A DNA stretch of 64,000 bases from Patescibacteria group bacterium (GTDB lineage: Bacteria; Patescibacteriota; UBA1384; 2-12-FULL-50-11). Below are positions 1 through 9,894 of the stretch, in pieces (the stretch's first letter is position 1; each line of letters starts with the position of its first letter). The position numbers were made by a program, and so were the translations under genes. Below the pieces are notes generated by a model. It ran no database searches and had not been told where the DNA came from. It was given only the letters and a program-made list of their open reading frames with translations. The stretch lies in the NCBI GenBank assembly GCA_016861245.1, contig BOKZ01000001.1:188347-252346 (forward strand), in the 5' to 3' direction.

Positions 1-90
1 AAACTTGTCATCGCATACTCCTAAGGGGCGATTTGATAGAAGTATCTTAGCTTACCCTAGATTAAAAATCACTATCCAGACCTTGCGCTA

Positions 91-501
91 CTATGACTCG
101 CTAGAAGGGACTTTCTTATAAGCAATAGTTAGAAGGATTGACGTAATAATCGCAAATGGAATCGGTAGGGTAGCCTCTAAGAATAAGACCCAATTAGGTG
201 GTGCACCGAGCGGAGGCCCACCGTCAAAAGCACCGTATAAAAACATAAACGATACCGGGAATGCCAGCGGTATAGTCAAAAACCAAGCCCAAAGTGACAA
301 CTTCCTTCTAAACCAAAACCCTCGCCCCAATAGATACAAACCAAAGGCGGTGATTATTCCCCCAATCATTACACTAATCCCGCCTACTTCGTAGTGGTTA
401 TAGAAAGATTGATATGAATAATACAGCACACAGAATCCGGCTAAGACACAAACTCCTGCCCAAATTCTCAGGAAAATTTGCCAGGGGTTCATATTATTCA
501 T
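91..501 (-). CDS. hypothetical polytopic membrane protein
   Basis: 136-aa ORF with several hydrophobic helices; no recognisable catalytic motif. Confidence 0.35.
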   Translation of the reverse strand: MNNMNPWQIFLRIWAGVCVLAGFCVLYYSYQSFYNHYEVGGISVMIGGIITAFGLYLLGRGFWFRRKLSLWAWFLTIPLAFPVSFMFLYGAFDGGPPLGAPPNWVLFLEATLPIPFAIITSILLTIAYKKVPSSES

Positions 502-556
502 AGTAACTCTTTTTTAACTGGCCTTAAATTGCTTAGCTAAGCGGTATTTAGAGATT

Positions 557-1012
557 TTATTTTTTACTTACATCCGGCAAGTAAATAATCTTTAACTCTT
601 CGGTATTGTTCCCAAAACCGTTGTCTGTGGTTACAAAATACTCACAATTTCTCTCAATCGCTGTAGCTAGATGGATGGCATCTGGCGGCTTTAGTCCATA
701 TTTAGCTCTGAGTTGAGCAGCTTTAAGGGCTATCGATCTATCAACGTTTACAACCGAAATAAGACCGCCGCCGTGGATAAAGTTTAGGTAGTCAGGCACT
801 CTACTCTGTGCTCCTACCTCATAGATTTTATTCAGCATTTCTGTAATTACGATCACCGATGCGTAAACAGTTGTTTTTGATTTTGGTATCTGGCGAAATA
901 GTTCCTGAGAAAGAGGAAAGTCATCATTCCCTTCCAAAGCGTAAATAAAAATTGGCGTATCAATCGAGATACGCCTGTTGTAAATTAGATCCGTGAGTTC
1001 TTTTGCGTCCAT
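557..1012 (-). CDS. vapC: PIN-domain ribonuclease toxin (VapC-like)
   Basis: Conserved acidic PIN positions (SIDT..., ITEML, DAIHLATA, FVTTDNGF); 28-nt overlap with upstream antitoxin ORF. Confidence 0.7.
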   Translation of the reverse strand: MDAKELTDLIYNRRISIDTPIFIYALEGNDDFPLSQELFRQIPKSKTTVYASVIVITEMLNKIYEVGAQSRVPDYLNFIHGGGLISVVNVDRSIALKAAQLRAKYGLKPPDAIHLATAIERNCEYFVTTDNGFGNNTEELKIIYLPDVSKK

Positions 1013-1236
1013 TGACCGCGTTCAGACCGTAAGTATCTAGCAACATTTATCTTCCCCCAGATGTCTTTCTGGGTTCCCAGATAAGAATCTGGCCACATTT
1101 TTTCTGGTGTTAGCAATATTGAACCATCTTCTATTTCCAGAACTTGTAATGTCTGACCTCTCTTAAGGTTTACGGCATCTCTAATACTCTTTGGAATTAC
1201 CACCTGGTATTTATCTGACACTTTTGTTTTATCCAT
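985..1236 (-). CDS. vapB: AbrB/SpoVT (MazE-like) antitoxin (VapB-like)
   Basis: N-terminal swapped-hairpin motif YQVVIPKSIRDAVNLKRGQTLQVLEIEDGSILLTP; overlaps the PIN gene. Confidence 0.7.
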   Translation of the reverse strand: MDKTKVSDKYQVVIPKSIRDAVNLKRGQTLQVLEIEDGSILLTPEKMWPDSYLGTQKDIWGKINVARYLRSERGQWTQKNSRI

Positions 1237-1283
1237 TTCTTACATTTTGAATAAACGTAAGAAATTGTCAATGTGCTTACATA

Positions 1284-1312
1284 TAAAAAAACGGTCTCGC
1301 GACCGCTTTTCT
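1284..1312 (-). terminator. rho-independent terminator downstream of groEL
   Basis: Hairpin cggtc-tcgc-gaccg flanked by A-run (1284-1290) and T-rich tract; reads as hairpin+U-run on minus strand. Confidence 0.5.
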
Positions 1313-1330
1313 ATTTTACTGAAATGTGGG

Positions 1331-2968
<1,638 letters not shown>

Positions 2969-3262
2969 TTATTTTTCGATAATGCCGATAATCTCGTCTT
3001 CACGAAGAATTTTGTATTCAAATCCGTCGGCTTTATAGTCTTTGCCACCCCAATTTTCAAACAAAACTCGGTCGCCCTTCTTAAGCTCGATAGCGACGCG
3101 TTTGCTAGTGGTAACATCGAGACGGCCTGGACCCACAGCCACAACTTCGCCTTCTTGCGGTTTCTCCTTGGCGGTATCTGGAATAATAATTCCAGATTTC
3201 AGCGTCTGCTCGGCGCTGACTAACTTAACAACAACTCTATCTGCTAGCGGACGTATATTCAT
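2969..3262 (-). CDS. groS: co-chaperonin GroES
   Basis: 97 aa; immediately upstream of groEL in the same orientation; mobile-loop and GroES core motifs. Confidence 0.95.
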   Translation of the reverse strand: MNIRPLADRVVVKLVSAEQTLKSGIIIPDTAKEKPQEGEVVAVGPGRLDVTTSKRVAIELKKGDRVLFENWGGKDYKADGFEYKILREDEIIGIIEK

Positions 3263-3301
3263 CGTTTACTCCTTTCGAATTGTTATTTATTTTCTAGGTT
3301 G

Positions 3302-3330
3302 ATTGTAAAGTGTACTTTACATAGAGTCAA
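3302..3330 (-). promoter_or_regulatory. sigma70-like promoter of groES-groEL (TTGACT-17-TACAAT on minus strand)
   Basis: rc of 3325-3330 = TTGACT, rc of 3302-3307 = TACAAT, 17-nt spacer; no CIRCE inverted repeat found. Confidence 0.5.
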
Positions 3331-3367
3331 TATTCGCATTAATAATGGCCCCAAACGGGGCCAGGAG

Positions 3368-3997
3368 TTACTTGAGAGCAACCTTGGTTGTGGCCAACGC
3401 ATCACGGAATACGAGCGCGTACGACGGGTGAAGAATTCGCGGAGCCAACGACGAGCCGCCGTCCATGTGCACCATCGCCTCAAAGCCCCACTGCTTAGCC
3501 AGTCGTAAACAGTCCCAACGATTCCCGCGCATCTTGACTCGAAAGTAGTAATTTCCTTTCGTCGCCCAGAATTGCCGCCAGAGCTTTTGCTCGGGAGCAG
3601 GCGGGATCGTCATGCCAGCTAACGCCCAATCCGGTGTGCCAGCAGCGAGACAGCTCGCGGCGTTTGGGTAGATCACAACTCTGCCGTTGCTGTAACCGGC
3701 CAGGACTTTGCGAGTTCCGCAATACGGACCGATCTTGCGGACACCGTTTTCGATCGTCAGGTCGACGCCGCAACGAAGCTTTCTGCCGTCGATCGTTCGT
3801 TCGCCGTAGAAACCGGCCACCGTCACGAAATCCGCGCCAGTTGCGGTTTGTACCCAGTTGGGGTACTTGCCACCGCGATAGTGGCGGACTTCGAGTCGGT
3901 CTTTAGTCATGTCGAATCGCTCTACCTCTAACGCGAAGCTAGCGGGGGAGACGAAAACCAGAAGCTGAATCAGCACGAGTTTGGATATTTGTTTCAT
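3368..3997 (-). CDS. secreted protein, phosphodiester-glycosidase-like (DUF2233/NAGPA-like)
   Basis: Start moved to MKQISKLVLIQLLVFVSPASFA (signal peptide) at 3997. HMDGGSS motif resembles the DGGGSS signature of phosphodiester glycosidases. Gene is visibly GC-richer than its flanks. GGCCCC-gttt-GGGGCC hairpin at 3347-3362 just downstream. Confidence 0.45.
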   Translation of the reverse strand: MKQISKLVLIQLLVFVSPASFALEVERFDMTKDRLEVRHYRGGKYPNWVQTATGADFVTVAGFYGERTIDGRKLRCGVDLTIENGVRKIGPYCGTRKVLAGYSNGRVVIYPNAASCLAAGTPDWALAGMTIPPAPEQKLWRQFWATKGNYYFRVKMRGNRWDCLRLAKQWGFEAMVHMDGGSSLAPRILHPSYALVFRDALATTKVALK

Positions 3998-4081
3998 GAG
4001 ATACGTCCTTGTATGTAGGGTGCGTATTGTTAACGCTACTGCATTTAAACCAAGGAGGAAAATTGTCAATACCTCTTTTGC

Positions 4082-4124
4082 GAGGGTAGGGGGACCTACT
4101 ATCGTAAGCGCTCCCCCTACCCTC
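4082..4124. repeat. perfect 13-bp inverted repeat (GAGGGTAGGGGGA / TCCCCCTACCCTC) with 17-nt loop
   Basis: Read directly; lies in the 316-bp spacer between the 3368..3997 gene and trpS. Confidence 0.8.
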
Positions 4125-4154
4125 AACCTCCCACCCCCTTGCACTCTTAGAGAC

Positions 4155-4191
4155 AAGAAACTTCGAGCCATGGGACAGCGAGAAGTTTCTT
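4155..4191. repeat. perfect 10-bp inverted repeat (AAGAAACTTC / GAAGTTTCTT) with 17-nt loop containing AUGG
   Basis: Read directly. Confidence 0.8.
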
Positions 4192-4230
4192 ACCACATCT
4201 CGCTAGAGAGCGTGCGGGGTATAGGGGTGT

Positions 4231-4271
4231 GGGGATCTAGGGACTGCTTCGCAATTAAGTCCCTGATCCCC
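4231..4271. repeat. 14-bp interrupted inverted repeat (GGGGATCtAGGGACT / AGTCCCTGATCCCC) with 12-nt loop
   Basis: Read directly; followed by acaatttt. Confidence 0.75.
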
Positions 4272-4313
4272 ACAATTTTAAATAAGTAGCTTAAACAGCT
4301 AGAATAGCTTCAA

Positions 4314-5285
4314 ATGAAACGACTGGTTAGCGGCTTACAACCAACGGGCTCACTGCACTTAGGCAACTACATCGGCGCGATCGCGCAATTTGTTGAGCTA
4401 CAACATCAATACGATTCGTTTTTTTTCGTCGCTGATTATCACTCGCTCACCGGCCGCCCAACTAAGAAAGAGTTAACTGCGAGTACTTACCACGTTCTAG
4501 CGATGTTAATTGCTTGCGGCGTTGACCCGCGCTCAGCGACGGTGTTTGTTCAGTCCCAGGTTCCAGAGCACACCGAGTTAAGTTGGATTTTTAGCAACTT
4601 CTGCTCGGTCGGGCAGCTGAAACGGATGACCCAATACAAAGAAAAGTCCGATCAGTACGGCCAGAACGTCGGCCTTTTCACCTATCCCGTCTTAATGGCC
4701 GCCGACGTGGCGCTCTATCAAGCTGAAGTGGTACCGGTCGGTGACGATCAAATTCAGCACCTAGAGCTCGCTCGTGAGATTATCCGCAGCGTCAACGCCC
4801 ACGCCGGCAACGTCTTTACCGAGCCGAAGCCGCTACTAACAAAAGGTTCACGAATTATGTCGCTCTCAGACCCAACCAAAAAGATGAGTAAAAGTCTTGC
4901 CGGTAGCGCTATCGGACTGCTCGACGACGAAGCGACGATTATTAGAAATATCAAGCGCGCCGTTACCGACTCCGATCCGAACTCCGCTAAGCCAAGTAAA
5001 GCACTGCAAAATTTATTCACGATTCTGGAAGTTGTCGCAGGACCCGAAGCCGTGAAAGATATGGAGGCGATGCGCAAAGACGGTAAACTGCGCTACAGCG
5101 AACTAAAGGAGCTACTTATCGAGGAGACACTGCACTTCTTAGAGCCGATTCAAAAGACCTACAGCTCGTTAATCAAAGATCCTAAAGCACTCGAATTAAT
5201 GGCGCTCAACGGCTCTAGGCGCGCCCGAACAATCGCCCAAGAAAACTTATCGATCGCCAAAAAAGCACTCGGTTTAGTTGGATAA
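4314..5285 (+). CDS. trpS: tryptophan--tRNA ligase
   Basis: Class I aaRS HIGH-type motif (GSLHLGNYIG) and KMSKS motif; TrpRS length and layout. Confidence 0.93.
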   Translation: MKRLVSGLQPTGSLHLGNYIGAIAQFVELQHQYDSFFFVADYHSLTGRPTKKELTASTYHVLAMLIACGVDPRSATVFVQSQVPEHTELSWIFSNFCSVGQLKRMTQYKEKSDQYGQNVGLFTYPVLMAADVALYQAEVVPVGDDQIQHLELAREIIRSVNAHAGNVFTEPKPLLTKGSRIMSLSDPTKKMSKSLAGSAIGLLDDEATIIRNIKRAVTDSDPNSAKPSKALQNLFTILEVVAGPEAVKDMEAMRKDGKLRYSELKELLIEETLHFLEPIQKTYSSLIKDPKALELMALNGSRRARTIAQENLSIAKKALGLVG

Positions 5286-5354
5286 TTAGCCGTTGATTTT
5301 CAGCCGGGATCGGATCAGGCTTTAAGCATCTAATGCGCCTGCTGGCGCAAGGAG

Positions 5355-5576
5355 GTGAAACATTTGGAAGCCAAACCATCACGAGTTCAGGGCGGCGATC
5401 AGTCAATAGAGCCTAGCCGCCTACTTTGCTTTTTTTGTAGGCGACAACAAAAATTGACGCCACTACGCGGAGCCTTGCAGCTTCGCAACTACACCGTAAC
5501 AGTAGACGGTACGACGTACGGAGTGTGCCCCGAGCATGAGAACGACTATCTGGCCTTGCAGAAACGACTATGTTAG
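5355..5576 (+). CDS. small zinc-ribbon-like protein (CxxC...CxxH)
   Basis: 73 aa; CFFC...GVCPEH. Start is GTG at 5355 directly abutting AAGGAGG, or more likely TTG at 5364 (9-nt spacing). Paralogous to the next ORF. Confidence 0.4.
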   Translation: MKHLEAKPSRVQGGDQSIEPSRLLCFFCRRQQKLTPLRGALQLRNYTVTVDGTTYGVCPEHENDYLALQKRLC

Positions 5577-5616
5577 GCCGCACCGCTAGCCGGGTTGGTA
5601 AGACCTGGCTAGATTA

Positions 5617-5645
5617 TTGAAATTTGGGCGATATTTTTTTATACT
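5617..5645 (+). promoter_or_regulatory. sigma70-like promoter TTGAAA-17-TATACT
   Basis: -35 at 5617-5622, -10 at 5640-5645; upstream of the second Zn-ribbon ORF (TTG start 5667 with GGAGGA RBS at 5656-5661). Confidence 0.45.
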
Positions 5646-5666
5646 ATTTGTTCTTGGAGGATTTTT

Positions 5667-5906
5667 TTGAACCTAGAAAGCCCAATCAGAATGAGTCACG
5701 CCCTGCCGACGGAGAAGCGACTGCCGGACGTCAGGATACCGGAAGGGGTAACTTTCATTCCCTTCTGCCGAGGGTGCGAACAACACAAGAATATGAGAGT
5801 GCGCGTCAACCAGCGAACCTGGAGTGAGGGGCGACGCGTCCGCCTAAGCGACGGCGTCTATCAAGGCGTCTGCACTCCATGCTGGAACTGCGGCGTTCGA
5901 TCCTAA
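5667..5906 (+). CDS. small zinc-ribbon-like protein (CxxC...CxxCxxC)
   Basis: 79 aa; FCRGC...GVCTPCWNC; same layout as the 5355 ORF (CxxC, about 30 aa, GVCxxC/H); TTG start. Confidence 0.4.
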   Translation: MNLESPIRMSHALPTEKRLPDVRIPEGVTFIPFCRGCEQHKNMRVRVNQRTWSEGRRVRLSDGVYQGVCTPCWNCGVRS

Positions 5907-5913
5907 CACCACA

Positions 5914-5938
5914 ACGGGCCTTCGGGCCTATTTTTTTT
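5914..5938. terminator. bidirectional rho-independent terminator
   Basis: GGCC-ttcg-GGCC hairpin (5917-5928) followed by T8 run; sits between convergent genes. Confidence 0.55.
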
Positions 5939-7283
5939 ATACGAGAAATTTCTTCAGCTCTTCCGTTTTAACGCGACAGAGTTCTTCGCTTCGTGCTTCA
6001 ACATTTAGACGAAGTAGCGGCTCGGTGTTGCTGGCACGCAAGTTAAAACGCCAGTCGTCAAAGCTAACAGATAGTCCGTCTGTTTTATCGAGCTCGCCTT
6101 TAGAATACGTTTTCTCAATCTCTTCGAGTTTTGCGCTGATATCGGTAACGGTGAAGTTAATCTCACCAGAAACAAAATACTTACTCCTAAGCGGTTCCAC
6201 GATTTGACTCATCGTTTTATTTGGATTTTCGGCAATGATATTTAACAGAATTAAAAAGGTTATTAGGCCGCTGTCGGCGTAGTAAAAATCTCGGTAATAA
6301 AAGTGTCCGCTCATCTCACCGGCAAACAGGGCATCTTCGCTTCGCATGCGGTTTTTAATAAACGTGTGACCGGCTTTATTAAGAATCGCTACACCGCCCG
6401 CCGCTTCGACAGTTTCGATCTGGGCCCAAATGTTGCGCGGGTCGTACAGTATTTTTTCGCCCGGATGTTTTTTCAACAAGTACTCTGCGATTAGCGCCGT
6501 CAGATGGCAACCCTCCACAAACACGCCGTTCTCGTCAGCCACATAAAAACGATCGCCGTCAGCGTCCCAAGCAATACCGATGTGCGATTTCGTCTCTCGG
6601 ATTAGCTCACTCGTTTCTTCTCTATTTTCTGGGACGAGCGGGTCCGGCCTGCCTTTGGGGAAAGTACCGTTTGGTTCGAAGTTAAGCTTAACGAATTCGA
6701 CTGTATCTAGACCTAGTCTCTCAAGTAGTTTTTCGGCGACAACGCCGCTCATGCCGAAGTTTGCGTTAGCAACAACCGTTAATTCTGGGATACTTTCGCA
6801 CTCGGCGAATTTACTTAAGAAATCCAAGAAATCTTCGGTAGTATCTTTTTCGTGGACGCTGCCCCTCTGTTCAGACGTAAAATCTTCGTCGCTGAACGCT
6901 AACTTTTTAATTTCTGGTAAGCCGTTCTCCGAAGATAGCGCCTCAACACCGGCCTTTATCATTTTCAAGCCGTTATATTCGGCAGGATTATGCGAAGCAG
7001 AAACCTGAATTCCGCCGTCGTAATGATAGTAACCAACGGCAAAGTAAAGCATTTCCGTTGGGACGACACCGATATCGACAACTTCGACTCCAGCCTCTGT
7101 TAGCCCTTCGATTACGGCCTTCTGCAGACTCTCGCCACTGACTCGAACGTCTCGACCAACCGCTACAACTTTTGGTTTGACGAATTCTGCGTATGCCTTA
7201 GCAATTCTCTTCACAGTTTTTTCGTCGATTTGATCTGGATAAGTGCCGCGGACGTCGTAGGCTTTGAAAATTGTTTCGTTCAT
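5937..7283 (-). CDS. phosphomannomutase/phosphoglucomutase (alpha-D-phosphohexomutase family)
   Basis: Active-site serine loop SASHNPAEYNGLK, GEMSGH sugar-binding motif, 448 aa. Confidence 0.88.
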   Translation of the reverse strand: MNETIFKAYDVRGTYPDQIDEKTVKRIAKAYAEFVKPKVVAVGRDVRVSGESLQKAVIEGLTEAGVEVVDIGVVPTEMLYFAVGYYHYDGGIQVSASHNPAEYNGLKMIKAGVEALSSENGLPEIKKLAFSDEDFTSEQRGSVHEKDTTEDFLDFLSKFAECESIPELTVVANANFGMSGVVAEKLLERLGLDTVEFVKLNFEPNGTFPKGRPDPLVPENREETSELIRETKSHIGIAWDADGDRFYVADENGVFVEGCHLTALIAEYLLKKHPGEKILYDPRNIWAQIETVEAAGGVAILNKAGHTFIKNRMRSEDALFAGEMSGHFYYRDFYYADSGLITFLILLNIIAENPNKTMSQIVEPLRSKYFVSGEINFTVTDISAKLEEIEKTYSKGELDKTDGLSVSFDDWRFNLRASNTEPLLRLNVEARSEELCRVKTEELKKFLV

Positions 7284-7319
7284 TGATCCGATGGTAGTAA
7301 TTTTTAGGGTAAAAGAAAA

Positions 7320-7356
7320 GCCGCCAACTCGCGAGGGTATGCGAGCGGCGGCCGGG
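7320..7356 (-). terminator. GC-rich hairpin terminator downstream of the 7374..7691 gene
   Basis: GCCGCCaaCTCGC-gagggtat-GCGAGcGGCGGC; on minus strand followed by ttttctttt. Confidence 0.45.
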
Positions 7357-7373
7357 GGAGGGAGGAGAGAAGA

Positions 7374-7691
7374 CTAGTTGTCGTAGGTCCACCAGGGGGT
7401 TCTGTCGGAAGAGGTTTGCGCTTGTTGCGGTTTTCGCGGCTGTTCGGCCGCTACCCTTGCCTGAACCTTTGGTCGGCCAGAATCGTACGAGCGCTTTGCG
7501 GCGCGGTAGCCTTCGTCTTGATTACGAATCTGCCCGCCGACGAGCTGTGTCGCCACCCTGTTCAGCACCACTGGGATGCTGGGGTTGTCGTAAGCGTAAA
7601 GTACTCTTAGTACCTTCCACTCCGTCTTGTTGAGCCATTCTGGCCGTTCGGTCAGACCGGCAAAGAACTCTTTTTCTTCCTGAAATGTCAT
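7374..7691 (-). CDS. hypothetical protein
   Basis: 105-aa ORF, no recognisable motif; flanked by its own terminator. Confidence 0.35.
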   Translation of the reverse strand: MTFQEEKEFFAGLTERPEWLNKTEWKVLRVLYAYDNPSIPVVLNRVATQLVGGQIRNQDEGYRAAKRSYDSGRPKVQARVAAEQPRKPQQAQTSSDRTPWWTYDN

Positions 7692-7765
7692 AGGTGCCTC
7701 CGTGCAGGATTGTGCACCCAGCCTATCAGAAATGCTCTAAAAAATCAACGGATTTATGACTAGTT

Positions 7766-9595
7766 TTACGGGGTTGGTGGCGGCGCTGGAAGCTCTTTAG
7801 TCCCAACTAAGAACCTGGCCGGCCAAGCTTTGTAGATAGATTTAAAAACTTGCTTATTGATCACCGCTCCAGCTCTTGAAACTGTATACGTTACAGTTGT
7901 TACCGCACCGTCGTGTGGCTTCTCGATCTGCTTTGTCTCACCGCGAAACAGAGTGTCGGTGTCGGCGTAAATCGGCTCGCCGGCCGGTGTAGTGCTCAGG
8001 ATTTGAGTATCGCTAATCGCTGAGCTCCGTCCGTCGCTCGTTCCCCAAAGCTCAAAGATTACTTTATTGCCTTCAACGCGTCCCTGAACCAAGATGTGTC
8101 CGGGCGTGTCGTTAAGAAATTTAAAGTCGGGTTTCGGTAAGTAAATCGTGGCATCGAGCCCGAGCGGCGGCTCGTAGTAACTAACGCGATACGAGTGGTT
8201 ACGTCGTTCGGTTACTTTGAGCCCAGCGTTTAATACCGACCTAAAGAGCGTCGTTGAGACTTGGCAAAGTCCGCCGCCGTACTCAGGGATCGTCCGGTTT
8301 TCTTTAATCACCAGCTCCGGCAAGAAGCCAGTTGAGGCGTCAACGGCGCCGAGCGAGTTCACAGTTGAAAACCCTGCCCCGGGCTTAATAAGCGCGCTTT
8401 GTAGTAGTTTAACGCCGTTAACGATGTTAAGTCGGCGATTCGTCGGCGAACCGGTGAAATCGGTAATACCCAAGCCGATTCGCTCCTTTATGCCAAGCGT
8501 AGCCAGATTTGCTTCGTTAATAATCGGCTGCTGCGGACCGGTAACCAACTCAGCGGTCGGTTTTTCCTCGGCTGAGTCGAGCGCCGAGAGGACACGTGCT
8601 GTTGACTCGGTAATATTAATAACGACTCCTTCTTTCGAAGCTTGAGCGATCGCTAGAACGCCGTTTCGGATAACTAGTTTTGGCTCCTGCGCCGGCTGAT
8701 CGACTTTAGCGGCAAGTTCTTCCAAGAACTTTTTTACTTGGTCTTGAGTGAAATCAGCAACCAGCGGATAGCGACCGTCAATTGATTCTGAGGCACCGAC
8801 AAATCCGATCATCTGGCGGATCTCTTTTGGCTGAAGTGTTTTCTTGGTCCCAAAATACGACAAGACTAATTGCTGTTTGGAGAGCTCCTCAACTTGAGCG
8901 TTAATCGTTGCTTCGTCTAATAGTACGACTCTCGGTGAGTCGACGACGGTGGTAACAGCGATCGTTGCGCCTTTAAACGACGTTAACGAACTAATTACTT
9001 CTTGCTTGAGAAGAAGTTTATCAACAACACTACCGACCTTCTCTTTTGTGTAAGTAACTTTTTCTCCATCGATCAGGCCGCTTGCGTTAACTGCCGGCTG
9101 ATCAACAGATTGCGCAACGATTTCAATAAACGACTCAAGCGCCTGCTCGTCGTAGCGTACAACCGGCTCAATTTGGTGGGTAATAAACGGCGCGCTAAGA
9201 TGCTGAACGAAACTTTGCCAGACGTCCTCGCCTCGACCGAAGCTATGGATTTTGTCAGTAGTCCCTTCAACGTCGACGTTCCAGTCTACTTCTTTTGGTA
9301 GTAATTCGTTAGCTGTCTCGCCGTGCGTTAAAACAATCTTTTGTTGATTTAAACTCTCACTTAGTTGTGAGACTTTTTGGTGAACTTGCTCGTAGGTTAG
9401 TCCGGCGAATTTCTGATCGCCGATCATTACTTTTGGATACACCTGTCCTAGAAACAGTAAGCTATAACCGAGGTATAGTAAGCCGATGGCAGCAGTGAAA
9501 AGTAACACTACCAACGAGCCTCTCTGAGGTTGGGGAAGCTTCTGTATATACGAACCTAGGCTCACGAGAGCTTTCGGCAATGGTGGTCGAGTCAT
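7766..9595 (-). CDS. VanW-family protein (N-terminal TM anchor plus VanW domain)
   Basis: Signature GGGLCQVSTTLFRSV (VanW GGG(V/L)CQVSTTL motif); N-terminal hydrophobic anchor. Confidence 0.8.
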   Translation of the reverse strand: MTRPPLPKALVSLGSYIQKLPQPQRGSLVVLLFTAAIGLLYLGYSLLFLGQVYPKVMIGDQKFAGLTYEQVHQKVSQLSESLNQQKIVLTHGETANELLPKEVDWNVDVEGTTDKIHSFGRGEDVWQSFVQHLSAPFITHQIEPVVRYDEQALESFIEIVAQSVDQPAVNASGLIDGEKVTYTKEKVGSVVDKLLLKQEVISSLTSFKGATIAVTTVVDSPRVVLLDEATINAQVEELSKQQLVLSYFGTKKTLQPKEIRQMIGFVGASESIDGRYPLVADFTQDQVKKFLEELAAKVDQPAQEPKLVIRNGVLAIAQASKEGVVINITESTARVLSALDSAEEKPTAELVTGPQQPIINEANLATLGIKERIGLGITDFTGSPTNRRLNIVNGVKLLQSALIKPGAGFSTVNSLGAVDASTGFLPELVIKENRTIPEYGGGLCQVSTTLFRSVLNAGLKVTERRNHSYRVSYYEPPLGLDATIYLPKPDFKFLNDTPGHILVQGRVEGNKVIFELWGTSDGRSSAISDTQILSTTPAGEPIYADTDTLFRGETKQIEKPHDGAVTTVTYTVSRAGAVINKQVFKSIYKAWPARFLVGTKELPAPPPTP

Positions 9596-9612
9596 CTCTT
9601 TTGCCCACCCTA

Positions 9613-9834
9613 CTACGTGCCAATTATTTCTTCAAGCAACGCTCGAGCTAAATTCTCTCGACGGACCTTCTCGTCTTTAGCAAAGTAAAACTCAGCCGTT
9701 AGAACATCTCCTTCTTTCGCATTCTCTGGCAGCTGGATTCTGGGAATCCGCAGCTCTTCGTCGTTATGTTTTAGCACGCCGGAACCGTTCTCAAAACGGT
9801 CGATCACCCAATGGATTGGCTTAAGCGGCGTCAT
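9613..9834 (-). CDS. small DUF3006-like protein
   Basis: 73 aa; VIDRFENGSGVLKHNDE...LPENAKEGDVL resembles the DUF3006 pattern. Confidence 0.35.
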   Translation of the reverse strand: MTPLKPIHWVIDRFENGSGVLKHNDEELRIPRIQLPENAKEGDVLTAEFYFAKDEKVRRENLARALLEEIIGT

Positions 9835-9894
9835 TGATCGCGGTGTTAGCCTGGCAGTCGTTGTGGTTTCTGACAGCCAGGCGATACATCGTAG

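Noticed and set aside
3263-3367. Looked for a CIRCE (HrcA) inverted repeat TTAGCACTC-N9-GAGTGCTAA upstream of groES
   Set aside because: No match in the groES upstream region; only a sigma70-like TTGACT-17-TACAAT promoter is visible.
3998-4313. T-box riboswitch upstream of trpS
   Set aside because: Hairpins are present but the conserved T-box sequence (AGGGUGGNACCGCG) is not recognisable. Kept only as an unexplained structured region.
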